From positions 13,518,001 through 13,582,000 of the forward strand of contig CM119371.1 of assembly GCA_051294905.1 (NCBI GenBank): a stretch of 64,000 bases of DNA, read 5' to 3'. The notes below the pieces were generated by a model that had not been told where the DNA came from, did no database searches, and was given only the letters and a program-made list of their open reading frames with translations. The position numbers and the translations under genes were made by a program. Each line of letters starts with the position of its first letter. Positions within the stretch are counted from its first letter, which is position 1. This DNA comes from Botryllus schlosseri. Lineage: Eukaryota. Shown here one piece after another: positions 1-13,530 of this stretch.

Positions 1-263
1 AACGTGCGTACCTCTTGCTGCAAATGCGCATCAAACAAGTCACGTGTCGAGCTGTTCGCTGAGGCTTTGTGGATAGAAAGCGTTGACTACTCGCTTCGTC
101 GCTCGAAGCGAAAGCCGTACTCGTGTGAGCAGACTGATCACACATTTATTTCCTATGGGAAATGATGATGAAACGCCGGTGGTAATAATGCGACGGCAAT
201 ACCTTACATTCCGTAACTGAATGCAGACATCGATAAATTCTAGGATATTGCCAAACTGTAGCA

Positions 264-770
264 CAGCGGTTCTCAACCTTTTTGTCTTCGCGGACCCCTT
301 TTGGACTGTCACGGACCCCCGCGGACCCTCCTACCCCCGTCCCAAGTTTTAGTTCAAATTTACCTCAATTATCGTGCAATCGACATCTGTCTTGTGCAAA
401 GGATAATAGCTGTAGGCTAGTGATAAACAGCAACAAAATGACATTTCGTGAAAATAACATCATACTTTTTATGTAGAAATTGCGTTGACTTTCATTATTT
501 CAAAGCAAATTCTGCAACTGCACTCCTTGAAAGTCGTGGTCGTGTCCTGAAAATCCGAACCTTCGATTTGATATGAACTAGTGCCGAAGATCCATTTCCA
601 GTAATATAGGTGCACCATGGCGTAACGCGTTACGCTTCCAACGACACATTTGGGTATGATCGCAACTTCGCAACAAATATGGCACCAAAATTTGACTAAC
701 AATTTTTTTAGTGAACATAGCGTCAAACCGCAAGCGCCAAGAGATGAAATGAGCGCCAAGTGGGGAAGTC
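264..770. mobile_element. hAT/Charlie-type MITE, one end plus body
   Basis: Starts CAGCGGTTCTCAACC (Charlie-like TIR). The body is a reverse-complement homologue of ~9620-10016, which ends GGTTGAGAACCACTG. Confidence 0.65.
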
Positions 771-789
771 ACGGATACCAGTGTTACTA

Positions 790-885
790 ATCAGGTCTTT
801 GGTCTGACCCGGCCGGGGATCGAACCCACGCGGCCTACCGATCAAGAATGCGGACCCTTCGCCATAACGCTACGGCGGGAGCAAT
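790..885 (-). mobile_element. tRNA-derived SINE head (fragment)
   Basis: Minus strand has B-box GGTTCGATCC followed by CCGGCCGGGTCAGACCAAAGAC. Homologous to the SINE at ~62480-62720. Confidence 0.6.
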
Positions 886-1259
886 GGGCAGCTATTCTCA
901 TTAATATATACCCAAGGACCAGCTCTTGGTTTCAAATGGGTTGTTGGAAATTGACATATAGTCTTCAGGGGTATTGATGAATATAAGTTGAGCTCACAAG
1001 GTGTTTTGAGTGAAAAAAAAGTATGGGAACCATCGGTGTACCATATTCCAAACTTAAGCATTTCCATGTACAAATGCAGTGTACTTTCGAGACTGCAATT
1101 TCACCACCTTACAGTCAAAAAACCAAAATTAAAAACCCATGGAAAATTGTCTTTGTAACCAGCTTTCATATGATACCCTACTCGCTTGAATATTTTTTAT
1201 AGGGTTTTGAACAATTAGCATTCTAAATTGTGTAACGCTTGACACTACACCGCATATAG

Positions 1260-2253
1260 CAGGGGTCGCCAACTCAAAACGGGTCGCGGGCCATTTTCCA
1301 AACTTCGTTGAGGCCGCGGGCCGCATGAATTCGATATCGATGTAAAATAGGCAACCACGTTCTAAAATTCTTCGTCAGCACAACGGTGAGCTATCTAACA
1401 TAGGCGATGGGCATTTTTGACCACAAAATAAATAATATTTCATTAAAGGAATACAAATACAACAAAAATCATTATCACCAATTATATTTTATTTTGAACT
1501 GTGAGCTGTGCAGTGTGCACGACACTTGGAAACGCTTTTCAGCAACTAAGGAATCGATATTGGGACTAGCGAGGTACGTTACGAGCTGAAAGACCATCTC
1601 CACGGAAAGCTTGATCTTGTGGGAATCCTAAGCCAGCGGTTCTCAAACTTTTTTTAGACACACACCCCTTTATGATACTGAAAAGTCGTCATATCACAAA
1701 ATGCAACCAGAATGTTAGCAATCCCAACGGCTCGTTTGATGGCATGGAAGGTTATGGCTGTTGATAACATAATTCTATAAGATGAATTCCAGACTATAAA
1801 CATAGCAATAAGTATGAAATAGAGGGAAATCGCGCGGAGCGCGAAAAAAATTCATTTGAGCGCATCTCCGCCTCCCCTTGAGATGGTTTCGCACCCCCAC
1901 AAGGGGCACGCGCTCCCCAGTTTGGGAACCACTGCTCTAAAAGCCGTTTTCTATGCGTCTCGGTCTTGGCAGTGCTTGGGCCATTGCAAGTCGAGACGAT
2001 ATGCCCATTTACATCAGCTGATTCTCCATCGATGCAATGCTGTTGCCATCACCACAGCTGTTTTAGCTATAATGACGAATAGTGATATGTTGGGCACAAG
2101 AGAATAGCTTATTTTGAAACAACAACCACAACATGTTGAAACTGTAATTAATTTCAGCATTTCAAATTGGTTTTCTTAGCTTTCTTCCTAAATCTCAAAT
2201 CAGGTCGCGGGCCGCAGAATATGACTTGGCGGGCCGCGTGTTGGTGACCCCTG
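1260..2253. mobile_element. non-autonomous hAT element
   Basis: TIRs CAGGGGTCGCCAAC / GTTGGTGACCCCTG with perfect 8-bp TSD GCATATAG. Contains a nested Charlie-like MITE at 1634-1934 (CAGCGGTTCTCAAAC...GTTTGGGAACCACTG). Confidence 0.85.
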
Positions 2254-3370
2254 GCATATAGAATTTCATACCACATGGGAATATAGACCAATAGACTAGC
2301 TACTCAGAAAACTCAGTGCCAAATCTCAACTGTAATCCAACATCCGTTTACACCTTTTTGAATTTTACATTGATAAAACCGAATGCTACAGAGCTTTATT
2401 GAGCAGAAAATCGTCAATTTTTTAAAATGACGTAATTCTTCACCCCTTGATCAATTTTCCCTAGATAAACTTTGTTGTGTTCGAAATTAACTCATCCATG
2501 CATGTATCAAATTTCAGAAGATTTGGGAATGTGGTGGTCCCAATTTTTGTTGTCCAGGTTGGGAATGGCTCCCGCCCAAGACATACTCTCAATGTACAAT
2601 GCGATATACAAGACACACAATGCGATGTAATGATCAGTCAGAGCAGGGGCGGGCAACTTCTCCAGTCGGCGGGCCGGATAAAGGAAAATGAATTACTTGC
2701 CTGGCCGGATTCCTAAATCAATACAGTAATCGTGTATTTATATCCACCTTTACAAGGAATACATCGTTATACTGTGAATTTTCAGTTGAAAGCATATAGG
2801 CCGAAAACAGTATTTAATGAATTGATTAAGGTTCAATAGCTGTTGAAGTCAATGAGATCTGTGGTCGAAAAAAGTTGTCGACAAGTTCTTTGAACTCTGG
2901 TTGCATGTCGGACGTAGACGAGACCCTTAGTAAAGACTACACATGATCATCAATTAGATTGGGGGGCTGCCAGTGTTAGCGCACTGAAGCCACTACAAAA
3001 ACTACAACATCAGGTCCCCCTATCATAGCCAGGGCCCCAAAAGGACCGGGATGTGTGTCCAACAAATCACTGCTCAATTGATTCGGTGTCCTAAACATGA
3101 AAGATATGCGGAAACTAGAAATTGCCAAGTTTATGCATCAGTTCCACTGCGGCCACTGCCCCGAAACCTTCAACAACTTCTTTACCTCGGTATCAAACGT
3201 GCATGCATGAGTAGGCTACGACACAGGCGAGTCCACGTCGTCCAACCACCATATGGTAGACCAGTGGTTCTCAACTTCCCTTGTATAGAGGGCCGCATTT
3301 GAACAGTGAAAGACGCGGCGGCATGTATTCGTGGGCTACTATTAAATTTAGGCTACTGTAGCCTATTTAC

Positions 3371-4319
3371 TAGGGATGGTGTGAACGTGAGGTTCACGTT
3401 CGTGTTCTGTGTGTGAACCTCGGAAAATTTGAGGTTCGCGTTCACAACAGAACCTTGGTAGGTTCTGCACTGTGAACCTTTTTCATATATTGCAATTTTC
3501 ACTTCATTATAAGATCTTTGGTTCGAATTTATTCACTTTCAACTGCGGGCCACTCTATGCATGGGGCTGGCAGCATAAACATTCAACACTAAACGAGCAT
3601 GCCCTTGACAATCTCAAAAATTTACTTGTATTGTTACAAAAGTTTGCTCGAAATATCTAGCCTTCCGTTTGTGCATATTTAGTGTCTCTGTGCTGTGAGC
3701 TTGACCCGCAATCACATGACATCAAGAGCGAAATACACTGTATTTTGTCAGCAAATGACCCTTATTCGACCAATCAATGAAATTGATATCGTCTTCTGAT
3801 GTAAAAAATCTAGCAGGCGTACGGGGTCAATCTTGACTACATATGCATACTGTATCATAAAAACCAAATCCGTGCGACTGGGGTGTTGGCTATACTGCTG
3901 TATAACTTGTTAATCGGTAGCAAGTATAGAAACCCATTTTACACTCTGCTCAATATCCATGTGGCAATACACAGACGCCGAATACATTGTCCGATCAGGT
4001 CGAAATTGTTGGCAAAGCGACGCAAGATACTGATTTTATGGGATTATTATATCATTTGATTGCCCCAGTTGATACATCTGGCGACGTTTCAAACGCCAAT
4101 ATGTACTTAAGTACTGAGCTATTATGTGGCCCCGAGTCGTCACTCTGTATAGTGTACAGTAGATTAATATAGGCAATCACCTAATTGAAATATGGGGTTT
4201 AAATTAGCAATATGACGTCACGTGACGTCATGAGGTTCACGTTCGTGTTCACACAGAACCTTTCAAAAAGGTTCACGTTCACACGAACCTGAACCTTTCA
4301 GAGGTTCACACCATCCCTA
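3371..4319. mobile_element. hAT MITE
   Basis: TIRs TAGGGATGGTGTGAAC / GTTCACACCATCCCTA; perfect TSD CTATTTAC; subterminal GGTTCAC/GTGAACC repeats. Confidence 0.9.
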
Positions 4320-5050
4320 CTATTTACCAGTCGTAAGCGGGCGTTTAGTACATTTTATGCATTCTAAAGCATTAATGGACAGTTCGTATGTTTGCAGTTT
4401 TTTTGTGAGAATATTATATTCCTGCGGCGCAAGTATATCCTATAATTGATTGTGCATTGCAATTAGTTGCTAAGTCGGTATATGCACCTTCAAACCGAGA
4501 ACCGAAGTCTCTGTTTCAATGTGTGGGCGAGCAAGTATAAAATTACGGTCACTTTTTTTTGCTACAGAGGCCATTATCACTTTGAGCTCCCAGTGATATG
4601 AGAAGTCTGGCGTTCGGTTCATTTCTGAACAAACCAATCAACACTACTCCTCTCCTTCCATGGAAGGAGCACTGCGCCAATACTGATAGAATCAAGCTTT
4701 GTTAAGTTGAAGTTTTTCGCTGGTCCCTACGCGCGTTTGCCCTGCCAGCATTTCTACTGTGATGAAAAGCATCCAGATAATTAATAAGCTATGTAATGTC
4801 TGTGGAGTCAGAGGATTCGTCCGATGCTAGGCTAAAGTAGTCTAAGCGTCAACGTATTTCAGAATATGCGATGAAAGATCGACTGAAATTGCTGTTACTC
4901 TTCTGGTCACGGTTGAATCAGACAACTATAACTTCAAAATTTGTCAGGTGATGTTGTCCTTGCTGTTAGGTTTCGGAAGCAGCGAAAATTCACACAGTAT
5001 GTTAAAGTTTTTTTGAAATCAAACTTTCGCTGGCAAATGTCATGAGTTTA

Positions 5051-5945
5051 CAGAGGTGGTCAAAGTAGTCAAGAAAGCTACTCAAGTAGAAGTAGAAGTA
5101 GCGACGCAAAAATCTACTCAAGTACAAGTAGAAGTACTTCTTACACAAGCAACCTAAAACTACTTGAAGAAGAAGTAGAATTTGCTGGCTTTAAATCTAC
5201 TCAAGTAAGTAAGTAGTTTTGAAAACGGTGATAATACGTTTGCATGGACTTTCGAAAGCTGCAAATTGAGCTATGAGGAGGGTGCAGAGAGCTTCATGTA
5301 CAATGCATATTGATGCATCCCAGAAGGTATAAATTTCCGACAGCATGAGCATTCAACTGAATCATGAAATGTAAATGATTGTTTTGCTATAGAAATGAGA
5401 TACTAGCCTTCTGTTTACTAAAACATCCCGTTTTAGAAAATGTCATGGCATGCTCCCTCGCGCATATTACGGCCTTTAATTTAGTCGAAGAGCAATACGG
5501 AGAAGTTGTATGGATACGATGTTAACACTTTGCGCGATTCATATACGATGATAAAAAATATGGCATAATGTTAAAATGCCATAGGAAAATAGACGGCGAT
5601 GCTACACTTGCTTTTACACGTAAACATACATGTTCTCCAATGCAATAGGTATGATTTTCATCGGACCTATGACTTTCGTTGATAAATTGCCTTTTAGTGG
5701 CGATAGAAGCGTAACTCCGTGAAAACAGCCCGAGAATTCCCCAGTTTATCTTTCTAATTGGAGGGTTACACTACTTCTACTTGACAAACTGGAAATAGCG
5801 AAAAGTAAGTAAGTAGATCACTAAATATTATGAAGTAGAAGTAGAAGTAGCAAAGATTCCATCTACTTGAGTAAGTACCAGAAGTAGTGGAAAACTACTT
5901 GAGTACTTCAAAAAAGTAGAAGTACTTCGTTACTGACCACCTCTG
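5051..5945. mobile_element. hAT MITE with AGTAGAAGTA subterminal repeats
   Basis: TIRs CAGAGGTGGTCA / TGACCACCTCTG; perfect TSD TGAGTTTA. Confidence 0.9.
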
Positions 5946-6195
5946 TGAGTTTAGCGATATTCCAAGCAATTGTGAACCATGCGTCTGTAACATCGTCGAT
6001 ACGTATAACTTCAGAAGAAAGTGTCGTGGTATAGTTTGAAGCTTCTACGCTTCGTTACCAAAACTGTTATTCGACAAATATGTCAGATCGGTTTTCCATT
6101 TATATCTGAGAAAGCAAATTGATTGTTCCGCACAGAGTTACAAACCCATTTACCGCTGTTTAATTTCCCGATCCTTGTTCTTGTATCTGAGTTAA

Positions 6196-6685
6196 AGGGG
6201 CACTGCGCTCTAAAAATGATGAGGTCTCAAATTGAAGGTAAAAACGAACAAGAATTTTTGGCCGCAGCCATTTCCTTCAGAACGCCACCGTAATGGAGCT
6301 GCAATTTATTGAAATTTCTACAAGACCAGCTGCCGCGGCTGCTTAATCCGTTACATGGCACGATGTCTTCATCGTCGCACTTGCTCGACGCGATAAGGCA
6401 GACACGCAGAGAACGAAACTTAGTCACATTTTCTTCATAACATCGGCTGACAACTATCTAAAATTCGTTCTCTGCGTGACTGCCTAATCGCGTCGAGCAA
6501 GTGCGACGGTGAAGATATCGTGCAATGTAACGGGTTAAGCAGCCGCGGCAGCTGGTCTTGTAGATATTTCAATAAATTGCATCTCCATTACGGTGTCGTT
6601 CTGAAGGAAATGATCGAGGCCACAAATTTTTGTTCGTTTTTACCTTCAATTTGAGACCACATCATTTTTAGAGCGCAGTGCCCCT
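6196..6685. mobile_element. palindromic TTAA-targeting (Kolobok-like) MITE
   Basis: AGGGGCACTGCGCTCTAAAAATGAT...ATCATTTTTAGAGCGCAGTGCCCCT; arms ~228 bp, spacer ~35 bp; flanks TTAA/TCAA. Confidence 0.85.
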
Positions 6686-7799
6686 TCAAACACTCTTGAA
6701 CCGGTGTCCAGCGGAATACCGATTCAAAACAATAACAATCTACATTCGAGCAGATATCAAGAAACCAGAACACATCAAAGAATGAGTAAAAAACGATACA
6801 TAGACGGTGCGATAGGAGACCCAAGTAGCAAAGTTAATATGTAACATCGTGCCAGTAGTAATTGCGTGTATAATGAAAGATGTCGCGGGCCGCAAAATAA
6901 ACGTCTGCTGGCCGCGGGTTGAGAACCCCTGTGGTAGACAAAAAAGATCATCGCTCTATCAAATATGCCGGACCTGATTTGTGACCATCCGACAGTCATC
7001 GAACATGTCCACATTCCAGTCGAAACACGAACAATTTTTACTGAATAAATACTAGTTAGCCCTCTAGTTTAGCGGACCACGACATGACATATCAATCTCA
7101 CCTTCCATCACATGCTTCTTTTCTTGTCACCTGTCCTTTTATATAATCTTCTTTTACTTTACATTCAGTGTGCATGCCTCCTTTTTACATTGCCTAGGCC
7201 AGATGGGTGTCTGATTTCGAAGACTAGGCTACTCCAAGTCGTTTCGACACATTCCTATCTTTCATTTTATTGCAGTCTTGTGGTGTTATGAAATAATAAA
7301 GAATCATGCAATAAACTGAATTGAATTGAATTGAACGCAGCTCTATGGGCTGCTCTACCTGTTCATTTTCATGGTCGAAAATGCTTGCTCGCAGATGTAA
7401 GTAGACCCGAACAAAACGAGTAGTTTCGTGGCCACCTTTCTCCGGTCGCGGGACGCATTATCATATAAGACCGGAAACTCTCCGCGGGCTTCTTAAAATC
7501 CGTTCGCAGGCTGGATCCGGCCCGCGGACCGTATGTTGCCCGTCCCTGAGTTAGGGGGATGCCGAACGACCAACCAGTTGAGGTAACTTTTGAACTGTCA
7601 TCCACCTCGACCTAATGCCCGATGTCACAGTCTTCTTCACGATGTTATAAGATCTTTCTTCGTTGGTCCTTTTCAGAATTTCTTGTTCTTTTTCTTACTT
7701 CATCGGGTCTTTTTTTCTGGGCTTTTTGTGGCCGTAGGAACAACGACTCGAGGGACGAGGAGCCCAGAATAACCTCTGACGGCGGGATGGCTTGGATGG

Positions 7800-8600
7800 C
7801 GCCGACGCTCATCACTTCGCTATCTCCCCCGATAGCTTCCTTATATCTTCCATGTTTAGAACCAACACCAAATCCTTTAAGTAGCGATTTATCAGTTGCA
7901 CATCCATGCCGCCGTGGGGATTTGGCAATGATACGGATGATCCAATATTTTAGTTTTTGCAGTGGGTCCGTATCCTTGCAGGCGGCACCACAGCGAATAA
8001 TTGCGTGTTGTAACTTTGATAGGAATAGAGAGTTGAAGAATATCAATAGAACCCTAACTTGGCAGAAGAGTAGGCCTAACTATATAAGGCGGCGGTATAC
8101 AAACCACATACCTTCGATAGCTGTGGTTTGAGGGGTGGTATGTGACTCTCCTAAGACATGACCGAATCCAGTAAAACACCAAAATGTTATTGACATTTTT
8201 AGCGTTGGAAATTGGTTGGTTAGCGATGCCAAAGATTAGGTTATCGCTGGAGTATACAACCAATAAATCGGTATTTCGCAGCGTTAACCCGAAGGCTATT
8301 ATGGGACGTCCACTCTTGCACTTTGGGCATTTGATCACAGGTGACGGCATTCAAGCCTGCGGTATAGGCCCGCAGTAACACCGTTTCGCCGCGACTAGAG
8401 GTTCATACTAATTGTTAGCACTCAAGTGTGCCGATTTCGCCGTCCGTTACACGCCACCTTATTTTGTCGCTTGTCCTTCTGTATTAGCTTCTTTTACTTT
8501 CATTCAGTGCGCGTGCCTCCTCATCTTTAGGTCGACTAGCTGTAGGCCCAGATGGGTGTCTGATTTCAAAGACCTCTCCCAGTCGTTTCGACAACTTCTG
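7800..8600. mobile_element. L2/CR1-type LINE fragment with internal inversion
   Basis: Minus-strand RT-distal remnants (FGVLLDSVMS*ESHI; FFNSLFLSKLQHAII...LQKLKYWIIRII) at ~7800-8390. Plus-strand 3'UTR at ~8400-8600 matches 7050-7250. Confidence 0.65.
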
Positions 8601-8785
8601 TGGATATCACAATAATGAGTCTGGGAAATCTGTTTGTTATCCGTAGTAGCCTACACTACTGCATTCGATGGGAACAAAAGTCGTCGGTTCGCGGCGAAAT
8701 AAGTTCGTTCGGAGAGAAGGTCAAACGGGCTCGGGCAATGGTGAGGTAATAGTTGATTGGTCCCGTCATCCATTCTTGAATCTGC

Positions 8786-8851
8786 GTATTTGGCTATTTG
8801 ATTTTCGATTCCGTTGCCACGAATATCAGTATGTCCTGCTGGTATCCAGAT
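8786..8851 (-). mobile_element. retroelement RNase H remnant
   Basis: IWIPAGHTDIRGNGIENQIAKY resembles the RNase HI motif WxPGHxGIxGNExADxLAK of non-LTR retrotransposons. Confidence 0.5.
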
Positions 8852-10111
8852 GAATGTTATTAATTTATTGTTATTTTGAAGTCAAATATATTCAGGTATA
8901 TTGTGCACAACTATATAGCCTACTTAATTAAGAATGCGTAGGCTACTACTTTGCCAACTCTATAATACCTACTCTGGAATTGAATTTATCAATACTAACC
9001 ATCTGAATTTGCCAATGAATTCCAACCACGTGAAACGAGTATCTCGTAAATTTTGATCTCAAATCGAGTAAGAAGCGGACAAAATATTCTGGATTTTGAC
9101 ACAATTCCTCATAAACGTGGACCTGCCGTCAACATCGTTAGGAAGAAACCCTGTGTCGCGTTAGCGACGAATATAGCTTCGTATCACATATACCTATTTA
9201 AAAACCGTAGAGTTGTTATCATCTACTGGTAGTGATCTATCTAGAACAGTATGGTTATCAACCAGGGGTCCGCGAAACCTCCAAATTTACAAAAGGGTTA
9301 ATAATCTATTTTGTATTAGGATATTTTAATTTTAAGAAATGACGAGAATATTTCGCTTCATATAATTGCTAAAACTTCAGGACAGAATGAATGGCAGATG
9401 GACGTCTGAAATGAAATATTTCACCGTGCAAACTCATTTTAATTGCCAATATAGCCTATTGATACAAACATATATTGTTGCTTGAAGATTAGTTGGGTTT
9501 TAGAAAAAAATTGTTAGTGAAAATCTATTTTCTCCTATGATGTACATAACCGCTATTACAGAATAACTTCAAGATGAGATGCTAGTTAGAAATGACTACT
9601 CTTGACATTATATGTTCATTAAGAGGAGTTTCTAAATTTTGGTGTCATATATGTTGCGATCATACCCAAAGGTGTCGTTGGAAGCTTTACGCGGTATTAT
9701 TACATTCGACACCACATATCTTTGTGGAAAAGGATTTTCGGCACTCGTTCATATCAAATCGACGGACTTTCAAAACACGACCGCGTATTTCAAGAAATGC
9801 AGCTACAGAATTCGCTTTGAAATAATAAAAGTTATCCCAATTTGAACATAAATCGTATGATGTTATTATTAAGAAAAAACATTTTGTTGCTGTCTATCAC
9901 TAGCCTACAGGTAATATTTGCACAAGACAGATGACGGTTGCACAATAATTGAGCTAAATATGAACTAAAAGTTTGGTCGCGGGGGTCCGCGGAGACAAAA
10001 CGGTTGAGAACCACTGAACCATTGTCTCACGGAACGAACTGACTTGACTTGACTCGAGTCATCTAAAAAAAAATCGACTTGATTCGAGTCACCTTCAAAT
10101 ATCAAGTGTAT

Positions 10112-11209
10112 TAGGGTTGACATTGACAATTGAAAATATAAGGTGAATAATTATGGCTAGTTCGACGAAAAGGGGTTCCGACCACTGTCATAAACAGACC
10201 AAAATATCTTTAACCAGGACTGCATCGTTATGCAGCATTTTTACGGTCGACGGTAATCATCATCAGAACACCCATTCCGTACCAATGACCTACCTTATCT
10301 AGTATCTACCTGCTATAACCGTCGAACCAATGGTGATTTCGAGGGTTCCAGCTTTTCCATATGGTATACGATCTCAAGGCCCACGCAGTTTGAAAGGTTT
10401 TGACTGCTAAACATCACAGAAATCCTAAACGAGATTGACATAATTCGGATCACGAGTATGATTTCAGATTGCCCACTCCAGTTTTAGTTATTTCAGTGAT
10501 GTGCTAATAGAAAACGATTCGCGCGTGTGTTAGGTAGATTCGTTCTCTGTATGCGTAGGATTTGGGAATATATATATTTTATCTGCACATAGTATAGAAG
10601 CGTGGTAGAAGCTAACATGGTTAGGATGCTGTCAGCATTGTGTGTCCTGGAACTAAACCAAAAGTGGAATGAATAAATATTGAACAGATCGCTGCTCGCA
10701 GATTTAAATTTCAATCCTGTTTTAAGAATCGGGACAACCGACTTTCATCTCTGTAGTTTTGACAAATTGGTTATTGAGGTCGATCAGCATATGAGATCTC
10801 ACCACTGTTTCTGACGCGTGCACGAAATCATCAAAGCAATGTTTGGTTTGTTTCAAAGAAGCATATATATTATCTCCATGTCGTCACTATATCATCAAAT
10901 ACCAATATTGCGTTTTGGTTTATAATCCCAATTTTATATAGTGCGGCCCGCGAATGGATTCAGTTGTGGAATGCGTCCCGCTGGCTCAGAAGTGTGTCCA
11001 CCCCTGGTATACGTCGACTATATTGGGTGCAAATCGTCAGTAGTCACATACTACATGTTCTCCGAAAGGATTTACACAATTATGGCATAATTATAGAACG
11101 TTTGAAAAAAAACACCATTTTTGTTCAAAAGGCAATTGTTTCAAACACTATTTTAAACATGTTTTGAACAAAGTGTTTTAAAACAGCGTTTGTATTAAAT
11201 GCAACCCTA
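10112..11209. mobile_element. TAGGGTTG-ended hAT MITE, reverse-orientation copy
   Basis: Ends TAGGGTTG / GCAACCCTA; ATCAAGTG near both flanks. Homologous to 12716-13176 and 35937-36472. Inserted into a GACTTGACTCGAGTC-repeat element also seen at ~24145-24310. Confidence 0.65.
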
Positions 11210-12715
11210 ATCAAGTGGCTTCGAGTACTTGTTATAACCTGTGACTCGAAGGTAATGACATGTTCCCAACACTGCTCCAAATGCATTTGTTTGTACTTTA
11301 TTTGACAATTTATTGGGGTACAAAGGGTCCCTAACTATGGTTATGATGAAAGTATAAATATACATGGGCGTCAGTGGCAGTACGAAGCAACGACGTACAT
11401 TCAGTTTGAAGAAATCATGCGATTGATCGCGGGAATTGCACATGCGACATTTTCAATATTGTCAAAATTCTCGGGGCAAAAGCAAACCTATCGTATACGC
11501 ACGTACAAGTGTCGTCATTAAAATTACGCAAAGTTGAATGAGGTCGCACCGCAAAAGTCCCGGCGTCGTTCGTACAATTGAGAGGAAGTTGCATCGTCGG
11601 GCAAGTCACAAGCCGCGATGTCATTAGACATTACAAATCGCAACCAATACAGGTTTTTCCGCGTGGGCTGTTAAGCGCATTGCGTAATTTCAAGCTTAAA
11701 AACAACGACTGGCCTGATGTGTTTTGCATTCCCGTCAACGTTGACGATGTTTGAAGATATGAAAGGAATTGGTATATTGAAGATCATTATAGCAGAGCTA
11801 TCATTCGCGGTGTATAGTTTTCCAGCAGGAAGTTATATGATGGACCTGTCGGATACAAATATGCCGGCAGAATGCATCAAGTTACAAGGAATTGACGACC
11901 ATGACACCTCATTAAAAAGGTATGGACGGAATGGTTTCATTGGTCAACCTATGCTTCTTTGTCGCTCGCTTCTTAAAGCTCATAAGTTGCCACAACGCAT
12001 TACAATTCGTAAAAGGTTTCACGCCGGATGCCCGTCGCTTACCGCATGTCTGCCAATTCTCCCTTGCAGGGAGAATTTTTATGAAGACTTCTTATGCAAA
12101 ATTTGACTAAATGCGACAGCACCATTCAGCGAAATGTGACAAATCTTGCAAACAGTGAAGTCGCATCTTATTCGAAAGGAATCCAACAGTCAAACGATAG
12201 TTGATGTGTTTAACAGAACTTGGCCTTGCAAAACATTCATAACAACCACTCATATAGCTGATGTAGCAAAAAAAAATACATCACCAAATTAGAGTTCCAG
12301 TTATTCGCACACTTTTGCCGTAAAAATATTCGGGTAGATTTTGATTTTTGAAAGTACAACAGTCTGCAAAATTTGTTTGGAAACTTTACCGGTCCGCAAG
12401 ATTTAGAAGAACCACTAATATAATATCAGTATAAATAGGCTTTGCTATCGTTAATATCTCGGTAAATGCACAAGAATGAGCTGTCGGCGATTTCTATTGC
12501 GATAAATTAATAATTAATTAGTTTATATTTGGATAATCATAAACCTTGCGCCAGATTAACGTATATATAATCTGTAATGCTAGGTATTGGGTTGAATGTT
12601 ATCGCGTGCTCAATAAATATGCAGCATAATAATGGTTTTAGCTCCATTTGTGTGCATTATATGTATGTATATGTATTTATACTTCATTAAGGAATAGACT
12701 TCAGATATCTGCAGA

Positions 12716-13176
12716 TAGGGTTGCATTTAAAACAAATGGTTTTCAAAACACTTTATTTAAAACGTGTTCTAAACAGTGTTTTAAACAAAGGCCCTTTTTT
12801 AAAAATGTGTTTTTTAAGTTGTAAAATCATACCATAATTGTGTAATTATTTCGAAAAAACATGCTGTATGAGCCTACGGACAATTAGCCTACCACCCGAT
12901 ATAGCCGACGTATATAGCCTACGATATGGGATGGTTGGAACCCTCAAAATAGTCGGCACAACAGCTATTTAGTACGTAGATATTTCGTCAAAGGAGCTAT
13001 ATATTTACCCTATATTTTCAATTGTCAATGCCAATCCACTATGACATTGCAATTGAATATTTGTGACGTCATCACTTAAAAAACAAACAAAAAAACAATA
13101 AAAAACATGTTTTAAACGAGGGCCTTGTTTCAAACATATTTGCTTTAAATTGATTTTTGTTTTAAATGCAACCTTA
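12716..13176. mobile_element. hAT MITE (TAGGGTTGCA family), uninterrupted copy
   Basis: TIRs TAGGGTTGCATTTAAAACAAA / TTTGTTTTAAATGCAACCTTA; TSD TCTGCAGA/TCTGCAGG. Confidence 0.85.
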
Positions 13177-13530
13177 TCTGCAGGGCAGTGTAAATAACGG
13201 GATCATATGATGTGATAGCTTCATCTTCTGCTTGCTACACAGCAGCTTCTGTAGTTCTGCGCTGACATAAGATCGTATTACATACAATAATGGTGCATAA
13301 AATTAGGTGAACCCGTTCTTTTTGTTGAATTCGCAAATTGACCGTATAACATAAAGTTAAATAATATGAAATCCCCAAACGGAAGATATTCTTTTCTGAT
13401 TCGGATCTTATTTACTTCCAAAACAAAAGTCCCGAATAGGTGTTTCACTATGTCTACAACTTCCTTCGATTATCCCAAATCACCTAGGACGGGTTATTGA
13501 GGCCAATAAAGTTTACTTTTCTATTTCAAG

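Larger units (their letters stand above)
3262..6931 (-). mobile_element. decayed hAT (Charlie/Buster, GTF2IRD2-like) transposon
   Basis: TIRs CAGTGGTTCTCAAC / GTTGAGAACCCCTG; perfect TSD TGGTAGAC. Segments ~4590-5040 and ~5946-6180 align by eye to the transposase at ~54045-54720. Confidence 0.85.
3050..7335 (+). mobile_element. L2/CR1/Crack-type LINE 3' fragment, split by hAT insertion 3262-6931
   Basis: VLNMKDMRKLEIAKFMHQFHCGHCPETFNNFFTSVSNVH before the insertion and RSIKYAGPDL after it (ORF2 C-terminal motifs). Then a 3'UTR, AATAAA and a (TTGAA)n tail at ~7310-7335. Confidence 0.7.
2644..7548 (-). mobile_element. hAT/Charlie deletion derivative, outer shell of nested cluster
   Basis: TIRs CAGGGGCGGGCAAC / GTTGCCCGTCCCTG; TSD AGTCAGAG/AGTTAGGG (6/8). 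Minus-strand remnant NLIDDHV*SLLRVSSTSDMQPEFKELVDN at ~2875-2960 resembles a hAT transposase C-terminus. Confidence 0.7.

Noticed and set aside
7622..8131. 169-aa plus-strand ORF
   Set aside because: Antisense to LINE ORF2 remnants and has no recognisable domain.
11717..12110. ORFs with hydrophobic starts as the IL-17 signal-peptide exon
   Set aside because: No clear phase-2 donor linking them to 13531 and no recognisable homology.
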